A stretch of 64,000 nucleotides of DNA from positions 17,963,700 to 18,027,699 of the forward strand of contig OZ037768.1 in NCBI GenBank assembly GCA_964035545.1, read 5' to 3'. The notes beneath the pieces were generated by a model. That model saw only the letters and a program-made list of their open reading frames with translations, was not told the origin of the DNA and did not search any database. A program made the translations under genes and the position numbers. How positions within the stretch are numbered: the first letter of the stretch is position 1; the number at the start of each line of letters is the position of its first letter. Of the stretch, positions 48,001 to 62,404 are shown piece after piece. The DNA is from Bugula neritina (Eukaryota; Animalia; Bryozoa).

Positions 48001-49555
48001 AGCTCTGCCAGTGTGTCAGTCAAAGAAACTACGCCAGGAGCCAAAACAAGCTCTATCAACCACGATGCCTACTTAGCCACAAATGCTGCGCCCGCAGACA
48101 AAGAAGGAGTTGGTGAAGACTCGCCTTGTCACTTTATGGCTAACAAGGAGACACCCATAATGAAAAACCAAGAAAAGGCCGCTGACAACTCCGATGACAA
48201 TAAATCAAATTCAACAAAAACAGCAATCCCCAAGTTGAAGGTAAAAGGAGATGATGGTGAGATTGAGCTGAAAGTCTATAAGAGTATTCAAACTGTAAAA
48301 GAAGCTGTTAACGATATGGCCATCTTCAACAATAGCAGACTCAGTCCTAGAGCAATAGAACAAGATAAACAAGATTTAGTAGAAAATAACAAAGCATGCA
48401 CCTTTACATTGCCAATGAGCGCAGAAGAAGGAGAATTTGATGCCTCAGCAATTTATGAAAGTGTTGCCAAAAAAGATGAGCAAGATGAAGGAATGAAGAC
48501 TAGGGCTGACCTTGTTTCTTTAACATACTCCTTATTTGGTGCAAGAAGTAGTTCGGCTGATTTGATTGGCTCAGGGGTACCAAGACCTACTAACAATGAT
48601 CTACAAGCTGACCTAAATACTCAAAATGACAGATGGGAAACAACTTCTGAAGATTCTTTTGAGGTAATTAATATCTTAATATATAACTTATAAGCAATAT
48701 TCTATATATGGCAGATAAATTAGGTTAGTTATTCTGATTATCAAATTTTTTTGCAGATATTCTTGCTCTGTTAAACAATGAATATTTTGCATAGAAAACC
48801 CTCCTAATAATACTTTTTTTTACTACAATTGTAAGCTAAATTTATAAGTGCAAATTGTGTAGAAACTGTGTGGTATAAATAATGTTGTTACTCAAAAAAA
48901 GTATAACTCATATTTTTAACTTTTTAAAGGATAATGAGAAAGCTATCAGAACTGATTTTGAAAGTAGAAGACAACTCCAGCTCAGTCTGAGTTACAGTGA
49001 GACTGATGTATTCTGCTCTAGTATGGAAAGAGCTGGTGAGTAGAGAGTAGTTGTATACAGCTAAATATTGGCATCACTTGAAAGACAGTGAGCTGAGTAT
49101 CTGATAAAGGTAAATAAGAAAGGGAGAAAAATTGTTAACCAACCAAGAGTAGTAACAGAGAATTTCCAGTAGCTAAAATAAAAGCAATGGGCGGATGTGT
49201 CCATGTATCTACACATATTATAGCAAATTGTATGACCATGTTTTGAGCTCCAAATATGAATGAAACATTAACATATTACAATGTACACTATTTGAGACTG
49301 TTAGCATTTTATATAGATACATTTACATAATACATTATATAATTTATTATTGCTCGTTAGACTGAATGATTCATCGGCATTTGCTATTATTTATATACAG
49401 CTGTAGGTGGTGCTCGCTCTTCAAGAAAATCTCACATACCCAGAAGGGTTAGATCAGTTGGCCCTCTGCCACCTCTGCAGAGAAAGAGCTACTCCACCAC
49501 ACGGAGATCTCTAATTCCTGTACGTAGCTCTGTATCCAGATGCTTCAGTCAATAA
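45037..49555 (+). CDS. Uncharacterised single-pass membrane protein with disordered tail bearing TQT (LC8) and SxIP (EB1) motifs; start codon upstream, not located
   Basis: Phase-consistent exons 45037-45059, 45357-45414, 45832-45872, 46185-46266, 46500-46669, 47044-47358, 47744-47908, 47996-48663, 48930-49035, 49401-49555. TM segment TLFFVIVALIMVAV-KTR; motifs DASTQM, EIGSQT, GETQT x2, TTDTQT; ends RKSHIPRR...RRSLIPVRSSVSRCFSQ*. Confidence 0.72.
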
Positions 49556-50533
49556 CAGCAACAACCTAGCATGTCTCTTCATTCAAATTGCCATACAAGT
49601 AGAAAAACTATATAAGCATTCAATTATAGTATAGTAGATATTATATTAGTTCATATAAATGTTAACTGCATGGAGACAGTATATGAAAAGTTGAAAACTC
49701 TTGAAGTTTCTAGTCATCAAATGTCTTAAATATGTTGCAATTTATTCTTTATGTAAAGTTAATATAATAGCAATTAAGAAGCATTGCTATGTTGCGTCAG
49801 CAATTTTTTTATCAAAGCCTGTTTGTTTTTACCTACATGTCCATAAATAAAACAAACTTGTGAATTTAAAATGCTATATGATGATGCATCAATATAATAA
49901 TATAATGTGCTTAACATTATATTAAACCTAGAAATGTTCAAGTTTATAATTTATCTTTAATCAGACAAGATATAATAATGAATTTGTATTCAAATGAGCT
50001 TTAGGGGCTTAAAATATGACATAATTTAAAGTAAGGAGAAGATAAAGACCAACCCAGATGTTGTATTTGATGTATGTATAACATATTATGTGTTATTTAT
50101 TTCATCAGCACAATAATAATATATTTGTATGGGCGTATCATTGCAAAAAGTGAAAGCTTGCAGCTGATAAATATAAAATAAATTATACGTTATAGCAAAA
50201 CATTAGGACTGGCAAACATAGAAGCTTAATTCCGTAGCTGTCTTGTATCAACCAACCAGAGTGAGTATGTGCAGGTACTAGGTTTAAGGAGTAATTCTAT
50301 ATATAATTTGCCAATAGCCATAGTAGTAGTTGGTGAATAAAAAAATACTGTAGTACATAGCTTGAAGATAAGTTAAATAAGTAAAATATATAAGATAAAA
50401 TAAAATAGAATATAGCAAGCAAAGCATAATTTTTATGCTTTTTATCAAGCAAATATGATCAAATTTGCAAAAGTACGTAATGCACTCAGTAACATACTAT
50501 AATATCCAGCTGCAGTTTTATTAAAAACAAGCT

Positions 50534-53500
50534 TTACCATTTTCTGGTTATGGGAAGGAAATGAACTGCCCCTGTAAGATTGTCTTCAATATTTGCTCTT
50601 ATGTGGAGGGTGTGTCCATCTTTTATGTAGCACCTCACACTTTCTGGTCTAACACTGCTTGGCAAGTCAAACATTTTAGTAAATTCATTGTGAGTTTTTC
50701 GACCACCCACTCTGGTTTCAACGTGCTTTCCATATACTTTGACTTTTCGGCCATCAACAGTAACAGTGATGTCTTCTGGCAAGTAGCCAGAAACGGGTAG
50801 AGTGAAATCCAACGAACTGTAGGCATCATTAGTAAGGGAGGCAGAGTTGGAAGCACTTCTGTGATTTTGAGAAGTAGGAACAGGATCACAGTTGTAGCTG
50901 GTCAAAGCATTGGAAGACATGGCATCAAATGGTGAGGCCATGAAACTATTGCTCTGTCCCTGTGCTGCCAAGTGATGGTCAGATGATGTTAAAGGTGGTG
51001 GCGAATATTGCCTTATAGGTAACTGTAGGAAGGAAAATATAAAAGTTATTACCATAAAATGACATAGATAAGTTTGACATAATCTTAAATGGCAAAGTAA
51101 TATACAAGCATATTTACACAGTACAGGCTATAGGTGTGCCACATCTGTAAAACTAGTGAATGATATCAATATTTAAGGATTCTAACTTTAATTGTTGTGA
51201 GAATAAGGCAAAGTTTTTATTTCAACTGTGTAATATATATGAATTTACTTATTTACTTTATTTTTTAATAGTGAAACATAATTTTTATTTCTTTTGAAAT
51301 ATAGCTATATAGACGAGTTTGTTTTTACACATACATATTTCCATATTTTTGAAAATGTATTGAAATGTGAGCTACAAAACAGGCTCTTGACCATTTCCTA
51401 TGTTTGCTATGAATACATATAGTGTTTAGCACCACTGGGCACTTATATTATACTAGATTGAGAACAGTTAAACTTAGATAATCCCCTATAAAATAGTTCT
51501 GTGTTAATGCTGTGTTAATTTGTCACGGTTTGGTTATTTCTGACCAAAACCTCTGCAAACAGCATATATAAATGTTTTTCTGTGATGTAGAATTGTCATG
51601 GTTACATTAGATACAACATATCTCTATCCTTGTTGCTATGGCACACAAATAATTGATTTCAAGAATTACAATGATGTTAACTAAGAACTTATAGTAAATG
51701 AAGTGTTGAAGCTGCATTCGAGTTACAGTCAGAAGTTAGAAAATTAGAAACTCATTATTATATATTTTAGGATGAGTTGGTGGGGTAAATCACAATTTAA
51801 TTGTAAAGCACTTGAGAGTGCACATTACACGCATTTATCATATAAATAAAGCTTAATGCATGTATATCTATGAATATAAAGAAGAAACTTTGCTTCCCAT
51901 TAAACTCATCAAGTGAAATTAAAAAGTTATCTATTGCTTGCATAACTGTGAAATTATTTTCCCAATACAAGCTCTAAAAATCAACTTCAGCTAATATGAT
52001 ACAATGAAGCACCACATATAGTGTAATTATATAATATATTATAAACATAATTATCAGTGACTGCCCTAACTCAAAGCTGGTCAAATTGTCCAATTTTAAA
52101 ATACAACTATAAGTCAATCATTAGAATTCCAATATTTGACCCTTGTTTCCTGCCATTGTCAAGAGTTGAAACATGAAACAAACGTTTGTGCAGTCGCCGC
52201 TATAATGGTAGACCTCAAATAAATTAATAGAATTTTCAAAGATAGATGTTAGGTAGACTTACTGGGTTATAGTGCGGAGGTTTGATAGGAGCCGTTATAC
52301 TGAGTATGCCATCTCGAGAAAACACAGATTTCATCATGTTGATCTGTATATCTGCAGGGAGGTCAACACTTCGAGTGAACTCTCGGTGAGACGTCGAGTT
52401 GCCAACTTTGTCTTCATGGGTAGCTGTTAATAACAACACATGTGTTTATCGAGAGAGAGAAACATTACAAATGTCAGCTACTATACAATACCATTGTCAT
52501 TGAGAAACATATGCATGCTATGAAATATTTATAATCTACAAGAACTCATAACTTGGTACACCTGGTATCTACAGCTAATCTCTAAGTACTTATAGGCTTA
52601 CATAACACACATGCCGATACAAATAAATTACTACACTATCTTTAGTCTCTATACTATTAATAATTTCTAGAAATTTCTAAGATTGGCGACATTTGTAATC
52701 AAAGAATTAGCTGACATGTTTTTAATAATTGAATTGTATAACTCTTTTGAAAATATTTAAAATTATTTATACTTTTAGTAAAACTTTTTTAAATTACAGT
52801 TTATATTTACCACTAATAATCAGTTTTCCATTTTTGGTTGTAAGACTAATGTCATCGGCTTTAAAATCTCTCATGTCAAACTGAACAGAAAATTCAGGTT
52901 TTCCCAGGGGATTCTACAACAATAACTACAGATTGTAAGAAAACAAAAATCACTTTGCATGTGGCAGACATCATATTTGAATGTGTAATCCTATTGTTGC
53001 AAGATATATTCTGTATTACTATATTATGCAGTAGCAACGCTGAAACACGTAATAAGCATGTAATAGTATCAATAAAGTAAATATTATATAATTTTTCATT
53101 ATATCAACTGTCAATAGTTTTATATATAATTGCCAGTACCTATAATATGTGGATAAGTTCAGCTTGACACAACATTATATTATTGAAGCTGCAAATGATA
53201 AACAAATTATATAAAGCTGTATATTGGAAGGGAATGTGGTTGAGGAATACAAATTATACAACATGTTGCAAGTGGGAAGAGAATATAGCAAATAAAAGAA
53301 GCTAATGAGTTATTGCTATGGAGCATAATGCAGGTTTTAAAGTGGACACGAATTGAATATAAGAGTACTTTACTCCTAAGAAATTGCCAAACTAATATAA
53401 CCACTGAACTGAAACTATAGTTCAATGAATATAACACTCATAAGCACTGGCACTAGCAAACCACACCTAACGTGTATAATATAGGCCTATGGACAGAATT

Positions 53501-55530
53501 CTTGTTGAAATCTGCTGTTAGGATGTTGCATGCTGCCGATTATAATCTGAGGAGACTAGGAGGCAGCAAAAGTGTCTTACAAATTTGTTATCTGATGTCT
53601 GCTGCCTGGTAAATATGCTAATGCTGCCAAGTTAGTGTACTGCCAATAGCAAAACCTATTTAGGTGTTAATGTTGCGTTGCAAATGTTATATGGGTAAAG
53701 TACGTGGAACCTAAGCTAAACTGATGACTCACAGTAGTAGAAACACAGTCTACATAATATGATCTTGTTGTTCGCATTGATTGCGATCTTCTCAGAGGTC
53801 TCTTTTTCTACGTTGGTAGAATTGTGAAAAGCACAATAAATACATCAATACGGACGGACAATAAGTAAAACAATGTGATACCTAAACCTAAGAGTTTTCT
53901 TGCTTATAATTATTCAGAATAAAAAATGTTGCCATAAATATTATTTGATACAATTATATATATGGGCTGCTGTAATCCTGTTTTGATATACCCAAACAGC
54001 ATGTCAACGAATGCCAGGGGATCGAATTAATTTCTAGTCCTACATTAATATAAGTTTTATATTTATGACAGCAAACAAAATAATGACCGAGTACAAAAAA
54101 ATAAAGCAGTAATGATAGCAGCAATTATAAAAACAGGAATGATTTCAATTAATTATAATAAGTATGTGAAATTGAAATATATTCAACGTTTACTCAACTC
54201 TAATTAAATGTTTCAACATAAAAAACTTGAGAACTTTCAACCGAATATTTGAAAGAAAAATAAATTACCTTTGCAACGGTTCTGTTGCTCTCAATAGAGC
54301 CTCCGAAGTCTGAATGGGGTAGAAATTTGAACATGTCCGTCTTTTTGCTCCTTAATCTGTTCTGCCAGTCAAGCCTGTGTATATCAAGCTCAGGGGTAGT
54401 GAGAGAGCCCAGGTGATCCTGATGGTCAAACCAGCGGTTCATATGAAAGTCATCAAAGGTGTCATCGTATATGTTCACAGGTATAAGCAGCTCATCATGT
54501 TCTTGGCTTCTAGGATACCCTACAAATTTATTAAATAAGTTAAACTGTTGCATTTATTAAGACATGTACCTTATACTCAGCCTAAAATGAATTATAAATA
54601 AATATTTGTTATGTTTATGTATTTGAGGTCAGGGTTATGCAATTGATAACTTTATGATAAAATAAGAAAGCAAGAAATAATATAATGTTGACAAGAAAGC
54701 TAAATAATAAAAAGAAGATAATGGCGCTCGATTGCGTCTCACTACGCTGCTCACTTACTGTCACCAATAGCACTTGTTTTAGTAGTAGTTTCTTCGGTTA
54801 TTGGCTGACCCGATCCAAATTTCCGAGTAGTCGTTGTCGTCATATTGCTGTTGTTAGAACTTCCACTTTGTAACGGTACTTCGTAATAAGGTTGAACATT
54901 GCCAAATCTTTCTTCTCTTACTCTAATTTTCAAAGGATCTTGAGCAGTCTCTCCGTCTTTGTAAGCTTTACCAGTCGTAATGTCTCTCTTGAGACTCTCA
55001 AAATCATCTTCATAGTTGGCTGGCGTGCGTCCAATACGTTTAAACTGTCTCTGAATGTTTTCAAGTTCTTGGACAGCCTGGGGATTCGTTTTTGTAGTGG
55101 TAGTAGTCACAACCTTTTTAACGGTTGAACCACTGCCAGTATTAGCGATTGGCTCCACGTGAAGAAGGGTTGGTCTTGGAGACGTTCCTCCACTATTAGA
55201 AGATTTAGAGCTATAAGAGTAGGTGCTCGACCCACAACCAGAGTCCAAGTTGGGTTTCAAAGCATTATCCATTTCTCTTTTCATTTTTTCCATTTCTGGA
55301 TCTATTGGAAATGCAGAGCCTGGACCAACACTTGTACTGGTGCGGGGTGTAGAGCTCGAACTGGTCGACTTGTAGCTGTAAGAATGGCTGCCTGCATCGT
55401 GACTTGGAACAGGTGCCCCCATCATAGCCTGCATCTTAGCATTTTGAAATTCAGCCTCATCAAGCAGCTCAGTGTGAGGCATTCTTGATCCGCCACGAGA
55501 ACGAGTTTTATAAGAATAGCTGTAAGACAT
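50534..55530 (-). CDS. Large small-heat-shock protein with two alpha-crystallin domains (p40/major-egg-antigen-like), ~590-616 aa
   Basis: Exons 55530-54759, 54519-54269, (53807-53733, optional 75 nt), 52913-52811, 52423-52263, 51022-50534. ACD1 FSVQFDMRDFKADDISL...REFTRSVDLP...FSRDGILSITAP; ACD2 LPVSGYLPEDITVTV...EFTKMFDLPSSVRPESVRC..DGHTLHIRA; Ser/Thr/Tyr-rich N-terminus. Confidence 0.88.
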
Positions 55531-57539
55531 AACGATCTTCGTATATCACTGACTATATGGTATTCTGGTAAACTGCTCTGCTTGCAACTGATGTTGGAAC
55601 AAGCAAGTTGTGGGCTAAATAGTGTTAATTATATGCATGTGTTAGCAATGTCAGCCATTGCTATGGCATTTACAGTGAAGGCTCTCAACTATGTTATTTG
55701 CTTTGGTCTCCATGGTAATGTGATAAGGTGGTAACTAATTGTCATTATGGAGAAGTTGTAGTAATAAAAGCAGTGAATCATGAACGATGACGCATGAAAA
55801 TTAAGCCTAGAGATATATCCTCTTTAGTAACTACATATGTTTATTGCATAGACCTGCATGCATATAAATATTCCAAATTTTTCTAATTAGACTATAAGTC
55901 ACTATGGAAATTTACAAACTGCTATAGTCATGTTAAAACTCAAAATAAGGCAAAAATAGATTATTTGACAGTTGTGAATTATAATGGCTTACATTATTTT
56001 AGTCTTCAGTCAAAACTTATCATAAATGAATAAAATAGTTACAGCCATTCAGAAAAGTTTGAATAATTTCCTATGAAACTAATACTTAGTTAAATTTTTT
56101 AGCTGAATAAAGTTCCTGATAATTTATTAAAATTATTATTTTACATAAAACTTTGAAAAAGTATGTATATGCGTGTACACAAAACACACTCACCATTTAT
56201 GGGTAGAGCTATGAATGTGCCTTGATGTTCAATGCTCAGCGGCAATAAAAGTGAATAGCAAAAACAGTGGCAGCAGAAGAAGCTATAATGGCTGCCTAAA
56301 GATGTAGCAGATACCTCAGTGCAAGATATTTATCTTATACATAATGCATCAGGATATGAGTAAACAGATGCTAATGATAATGGAGTGAGTGTAAACTGTA
56401 AGTGAATATTGGTGTTGAGACAAGCTGGCTCATTGCCTGCAACAAGTTTACCACACAGCTGCAGTGTACTGCCAATGGGCTCACAATTCAATAATGGTTA
56501 TATAATTTTCAAAATTACTACTGTAATGGCTCATTACTTGACAGTTGCAATTTTATACCATTTTATTACGTCTTAAACAATGTTGAAAGCTTAAGTGCAG
56601 TGTGGTTCAATAGAACTTGTAAAACTCTCATTCTTGCAGCAATACACATCAAATCCAAATGTGATTCCAACTTTCTGTTACCATACCAGATAGCCAAATA
56701 TGGGAAATGAAAATTCATGCAAAAGAGAAAAACACTGAGATGGCATGGAACATTGTTGTAGCAGCTAGGCTAAGTTGGTAAAGCTTGCAACAAGTTTAAG
56801 TGGTTACACATACCACACATGCATGTATTTTATGCAAATAATTCAACATTCAATGACAAAGCCAGCATTTTATCACTTAATGAAGGAAAAAACTGCAAAC
56901 TTTACATAACTTGGACGAAAAAGTGGTGCTGTATAGATTACAGCATTATATGAGTGATGCAATCATGAATACACAAATAGACAATTTCACAAAAAATATA
57001 ATAATGAATAACATTGACTTTACTACATATTAAAAAAGTCAAATTTGCTTTATAACACTAAAGTTCCTTCACGAAGGAAAAGAAAATACGTTTCATATAC
57101 TCCTATATATAAAGATTGGTTAAAACGGTGAAAAATTGTGCTACAACAATTAAAGTCACAAGGACTATGACTAGCAAACATGATAAAAACATTATTAACA
57201 AGAAAATTAGGTAACTTCATAAGTTATCATAACAAATTAAAAACATCAAAAGTCTGTGAACGGACTATGAATGAGTAACAGGATATTAAACATTGTGTAT
57301 TGGTTATTACAGTTAGCAATAAAAAGTATTGTCTTCACAGCATTAAAACACAGAGCAATTAATAAACTAGGTACAAAAACACAAATACAATCATATTATG
57401 TATAATATAAAGAGTTAGTGGGATACAAGAATAAGGACATAGCAATATTACAATATATAAGTTACAGCATATCAAACACAGAAATAAATAATTGCATTAG
57501 TAAAATAAATGAGCATACTAATAATGAGATGCTTGCAGT

Positions 57540-60500
57540 TCACACGATGCTGTTGGGTTTACACGAGGGCTGATAGCTGTCAGCATAGTGACCGCCTATC
57601 CCTTGAGAGTGTTGACCAATGAGACGAGGGCTGCCGGGACTATTCTCTGGCTCCGGTAAGAGCCGCTTCAGAACTTTGGGAGTCGTCGTTATCTGAACCA
57701 AGCATCAATAAAACTCTCAATAGAAAATCTAGAGCCTTTCTTACAAAATTATTAGTTTATACTCCTTTTTCAGGAATTGAATATACTTAATTAGAGGCAC
57801 ATGTGAAATACCAACACATAACACAATTAAATATAAACAAACTTGTTGTATCAAACTAGTTTAAAAAACAATTTTAAAAATAAGTTTGAGATCTTTTTAC
57901 AAGTAATTGATAATTAAAATAAAATACTGCACATTATTCTATAGCAGAACGTCTCATAGCTGCATGTTCCAAGTAACACCAATAAAAACTCACTCTTTTA
58001 CACTGCCTTCTGAAAAGCTGAGGCAGCGCTACATTCAGGTCTGCTTCAAAGAGAACAGGGCGTTCCTTTTTAGCTATCTTGGCACCGGGTGTCTTTCTGA
58101 ATGTGAGAGGAGTTGTCGCCACATCTTCCAATGAGCGTTTCCGCTGCCTGGTCAACGGACCTGGGTACCTAGAGGAGAGACATTGGTGTTAGTCAAAGCA
58201 TTCAAAGTAGAACAGGCACCAACCTATCAGCATAATAGTCAGCTCTGCTGTGATGTCTAGAATACAAAAGCATGCGATGTCCAAAGGTGCGTTTATACCT
58301 TCACGGTTTTCAGTCTGAAAGTCAATTTGACTGAGTTGGAATTCCCCCCAGTTGCATTGCATTGTAAAAGCCACTCGTCAAAATTTTTGAATTGTGATAT
58401 CTGAACCGGCTGATTTCAGAATAACAATTAGAAGGGATGATAACTCCTTGTAAGTATCGGTATTTGATTATGACTTTGGCGACTAAATAACATACTTAAA
58501 AAGCGTTAAATAAAACTTCAACGATTCAAGTAAAAGCTTCACGTTTACAATTATATCAGCTGCTTTTCTCAATTATCACTTTTATGCCGCCAACTTAACT
58601 AATTCATTATGTTTTCAAAGGGCATCAAATAGCAACTAAGAGAGTCATATTTTACTATTAGAAAGTGAGTTTCCGCATCAATATAATTTCAACAAAAACT
58701 ACACAGCGGTACTCGAACGAGTGAAATTAACTGAAACTCGGTACTTTTTTTTCGGCAAAGGTGTAAATGCACCATAACACATATTAATAACAAATAACAA
58801 GTACTTTTCCTGGAAGGATAGACAACTCCTGCTAGCAATGTATCTGTCACCAGAGTCAGTTCTGTGAGTCTCACTGGCAGAGAGGAACTTCACATGATCT
58901 GACATCTGACCCACAGAGTGTGTGCTGGACATGGATTCACTGTTGGCTGTTCTACACTGACTTTCTCTGCGCCTCTCGCATTCTTTAGAAATGAGATCAT
59001 CACAATGCGGTGTTTGCTGCTGATACGGTAAAACTGAATGCATCTACAAGTTAAATATCCACACTTACAGGTGGACACAACTCCAAGATTAAAACATGAA
59101 TCTTTTATTGAAGTGTTGGTGTTTAAATGTTTCTTCAAAAAATATTACGCTATCAACATTATAAGCTTCATATACTTGAAGCAAAATTTAAAAGTGAATA
59201 AAATTGAAATAAAACAATAACTATTTTACAAAATAATTTATAGGATAGAAAAAATTTAAAATTAGCATCTTCACCATTGTGTAATGTTATTAGAAGCCAA
59301 CATTGTAAGAGTAGCAGAAAAGTACAACATTACTCACAGTGGAGGACCTGCTTCTGTTTGTTAAAGACTGAAATAATTTAGTGAGAAGCTTTGGTGTCAG
59401 CTCTAGTGTCCAGTATGAAGGGTTGACCTTAGCGTTTGAGTATAAGTGAGATTCCATGAACTGAATGGCTGCAACAGTTTCGAATAACGTAACCAATACT
59501 ACAAATTATTAATTTCTCAAAATAGTCATGTAACAGTGACAATTTGATTTATAAATTTTTTGACCGTTTAAGATATTTTCACATAAATACTATATTAATA
59601 TCGTTTCATGTAATGGGTTGAGATGAGGCAAGCAAAAAGTGACTTGACTGAAACGATTATGGCAAAAAATAAACCCTTTGAAAATGGATCAGAAAATAAA
59701 GTATAATAAACTCATCGTCACAGCTACCATTAATTATAACATACAGCATACACAGATAATAAAACCATATACAACCATCTCAAATATATTACTTACTCTG
59801 CTCGTCATGCCCAAACAAATTCCGCAGTAAATGCTTTACTTCACCAGGACTTCTCAGTGTTGGATACCTTCGCTAAAACATATTCAACACTCAACATGAC
59901 CCAGAGACAAGTCATGACCAGCAGTCAACAGATATAACCTAGTATTCTAGTGAGAGTCATGGCTGTTACACATGTTAAAGATCATTATTGTATTAATACA
60001 TATTATTTAATTAGCAAAACTATTGTGAAAAAAAATATAAACCAATACTATGAAAAAAGCACATAACAAATATAACAGATAGCATTCCAGTCAGACTTGT
60101 AAGAAAAACTACAAAGCCATTGAGCTAATTCCTGCTACAACTTACTACTAGACATTGAGGCAGGATTTTTCACTTGGTGGCCAAACTTTTTTAAAGTGAA
60201 AGCAAGCCAGTAATATACTTGCAAGTAAGAAATGGCCTGAATAAACTGAGAAATAATATAAATTATCTTTTTAAACCACTAAAATAAACACTAGAAAAAT
60301 TTCATTAATTATGAGTCATTTGCTTATTGTAAAAACAAGTTTATACTGCCAACAGTTACTGGGGATAATTATTTTTAAAAGCTTGTCTTTGACTAAAAAA
60401 ATTGAAAAAATGTTGGCTAATCACAAAATTCCTTGAAATGATAGCAAATGTATGAATTAAATTACAACACAAGAGCGTTTTAATACATTTCCAGCAACTA

Positions 60501-61954
60501 TACTGAAATACCGGAGTGGTGCTGATGATTTGGGCTATTTGCTGAGCTGAAGTCATAGGCAGCGCAAACAGCAGTCCGCCTGTAGTCGCAGGCGAGTGTG
60601 AGAGTTGGTGGGACTCGTACCACAGCATCTCAGCAGTTCTAACATCTGGACACTCAAACACATACAGGTGTCTATCCTCAGACTAAAACAGGCAAATCCC
60701 CCTCAGCAACAAAATATGTCACCACATGATAATGTTGCTGTAAATTGGACAAGTTTGCAATTTTATTCCGGACAAACTTCTAACAAGTAAGTTTGCCAAC
60801 GGATCCATTATGTTAACACCACAGTCACTGTATTACTTCAAGTACTGTTGATTACAGCAACTTACCAATGGAAATACTTGAGCTAGCTGTAACAGAGTGG
60901 AACTTAGTTGCAGAGATTTCGACTCTGATATACAATAAAGTGTTTTGGATAAAGTGTGTTCATATGACAGAAGATGTTCTGAAACTAGTCCACAGTGCAG
61001 TGTGTGACCCTCTAAGATGCTGCCATTGATGCTGTTTTGTACCTTCCCTAGAGTAGCTCTGTTGTGTGCAAACTCTACGAACCCATAGCCCTTGAAATCA
61101 CCTGCAACATCAGATTCAACAACACCTGTGTATCAGCTGAGAGAGCTATAATTATATCCCTTATATGATTATTAGACAATATAACTGACTGTAGTTGATA
61201 TGAAATGAGCAGTAAAACAAATAGATCATAGACAGCTGGTTTAACTGAGCAGTAAAGCAGACCTTTACTGGTAAGTGAAAGGAACGAAGTCTCCACTTCA
61301 CCATAATCAGAGAGAAACTGACGGTACATCTCATCAGTGTAGTGCAGTGGAATACCCCATATGTATAGCATCATTCGGCGTGGATACAGCTCCACCTGTC
61401 ATTATAAACTATTAGAAGTAGCTGTATACAACACTAGCCAGCTTGCGTACAATATAAATTAAAAGTATTATATGATACACCAACCTGCACTTTGCGACCA
61501 GCAAGCGATCTATTTTGCAGCATTTGTAGCGCATAGTCCACCTCTTGGCTGTTCTTCAGAGTTATAATAACTGAAGATTTAACAACAATGAGTCATCACA
61601 TGTTACTTAGGCAAAACAATATCTTCAACAGAAAAATTTAGAAAGAAGAATTAGCTACAGAATGAAGAAATTTTATTACCGTGGTGGAGCCTCTTGCTAA
61701 TGACAATATCGGCAGGAACTATGTCACCAAGGAACCTCCTCACGTCCTTAAATATACAGTAGGAAATCGTCAACACATGCGAGGGTATAGAATGAGTAAA
61801 GTGATAAAAGTCATCAAAAACATTCAATAAGAATTGACAAGGAATATTTGCTGTGGCAGTGCATACCAACCTGATGAGTCACAGGAGGAACATCTTGAAT
61901 GAATAGTTTCCTGCGTTTGTTAAATTCCAGCTTAGCATGGAGAGAAGTGTTCAT
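57540..61954 (-). CDS. RAVER1: Ribonucleoprotein PTB-binding protein (RAVER1/RAVER2 homologue; RRM protein)
   Basis: Exons include 61954-61871, 61746-61680, 61570-61485, 61395-61263, 61101-60866 ... 57692-57540. [28 protein letters not shown] (RNP1), and C-terminal LLPEPENSP...[16 protein letters not shown] matching the RAVER signature; middle exons not fully resolved. Confidence 0.88.
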
Positions 61955-62404
61955 ATTGTCACAGAATGCACTTTGTGAATTAAGTAGTTTCCAAAACACC
62001 AAGAGAAAATAGCTAATACTGATTTGTGACTATAGTTGATGTATGTTCTGTTTAAAAAGAAAGTCAGAGTGCATTAGTTTCTAAATTATATTTTCAATTT
62101 GAGAAGATTATCATCAATAAGTTGCCTGCATCGGTTGTATGTATCACTTTATAAGTTATAATGGCATATTATATTTTATTGGACTTTGTGATTTACAAAA
62201 TCACTATTATACAATACCAATGGCGCCCGCATATTAACCACATAGGTCATGGAGTTTATAGCTGTTCTGGAGTAACGCGTCAGAGGGTCAGCAACTAGTA
62301 TAAAGGTCATTTGTTTAAAAACACTAAGCTACATAAGTTTTATAAAAGAGGCAGAGCCGGTTGTAAATATGACACACATATTTTACCTAGATTTTACTGT
62401 ATAT

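Noticed and set aside
55531-56150. Heat-shock elements upstream of the sHSP gene
   Set aside because: No array of correctly spaced nGAAn inverted units was found by eye.
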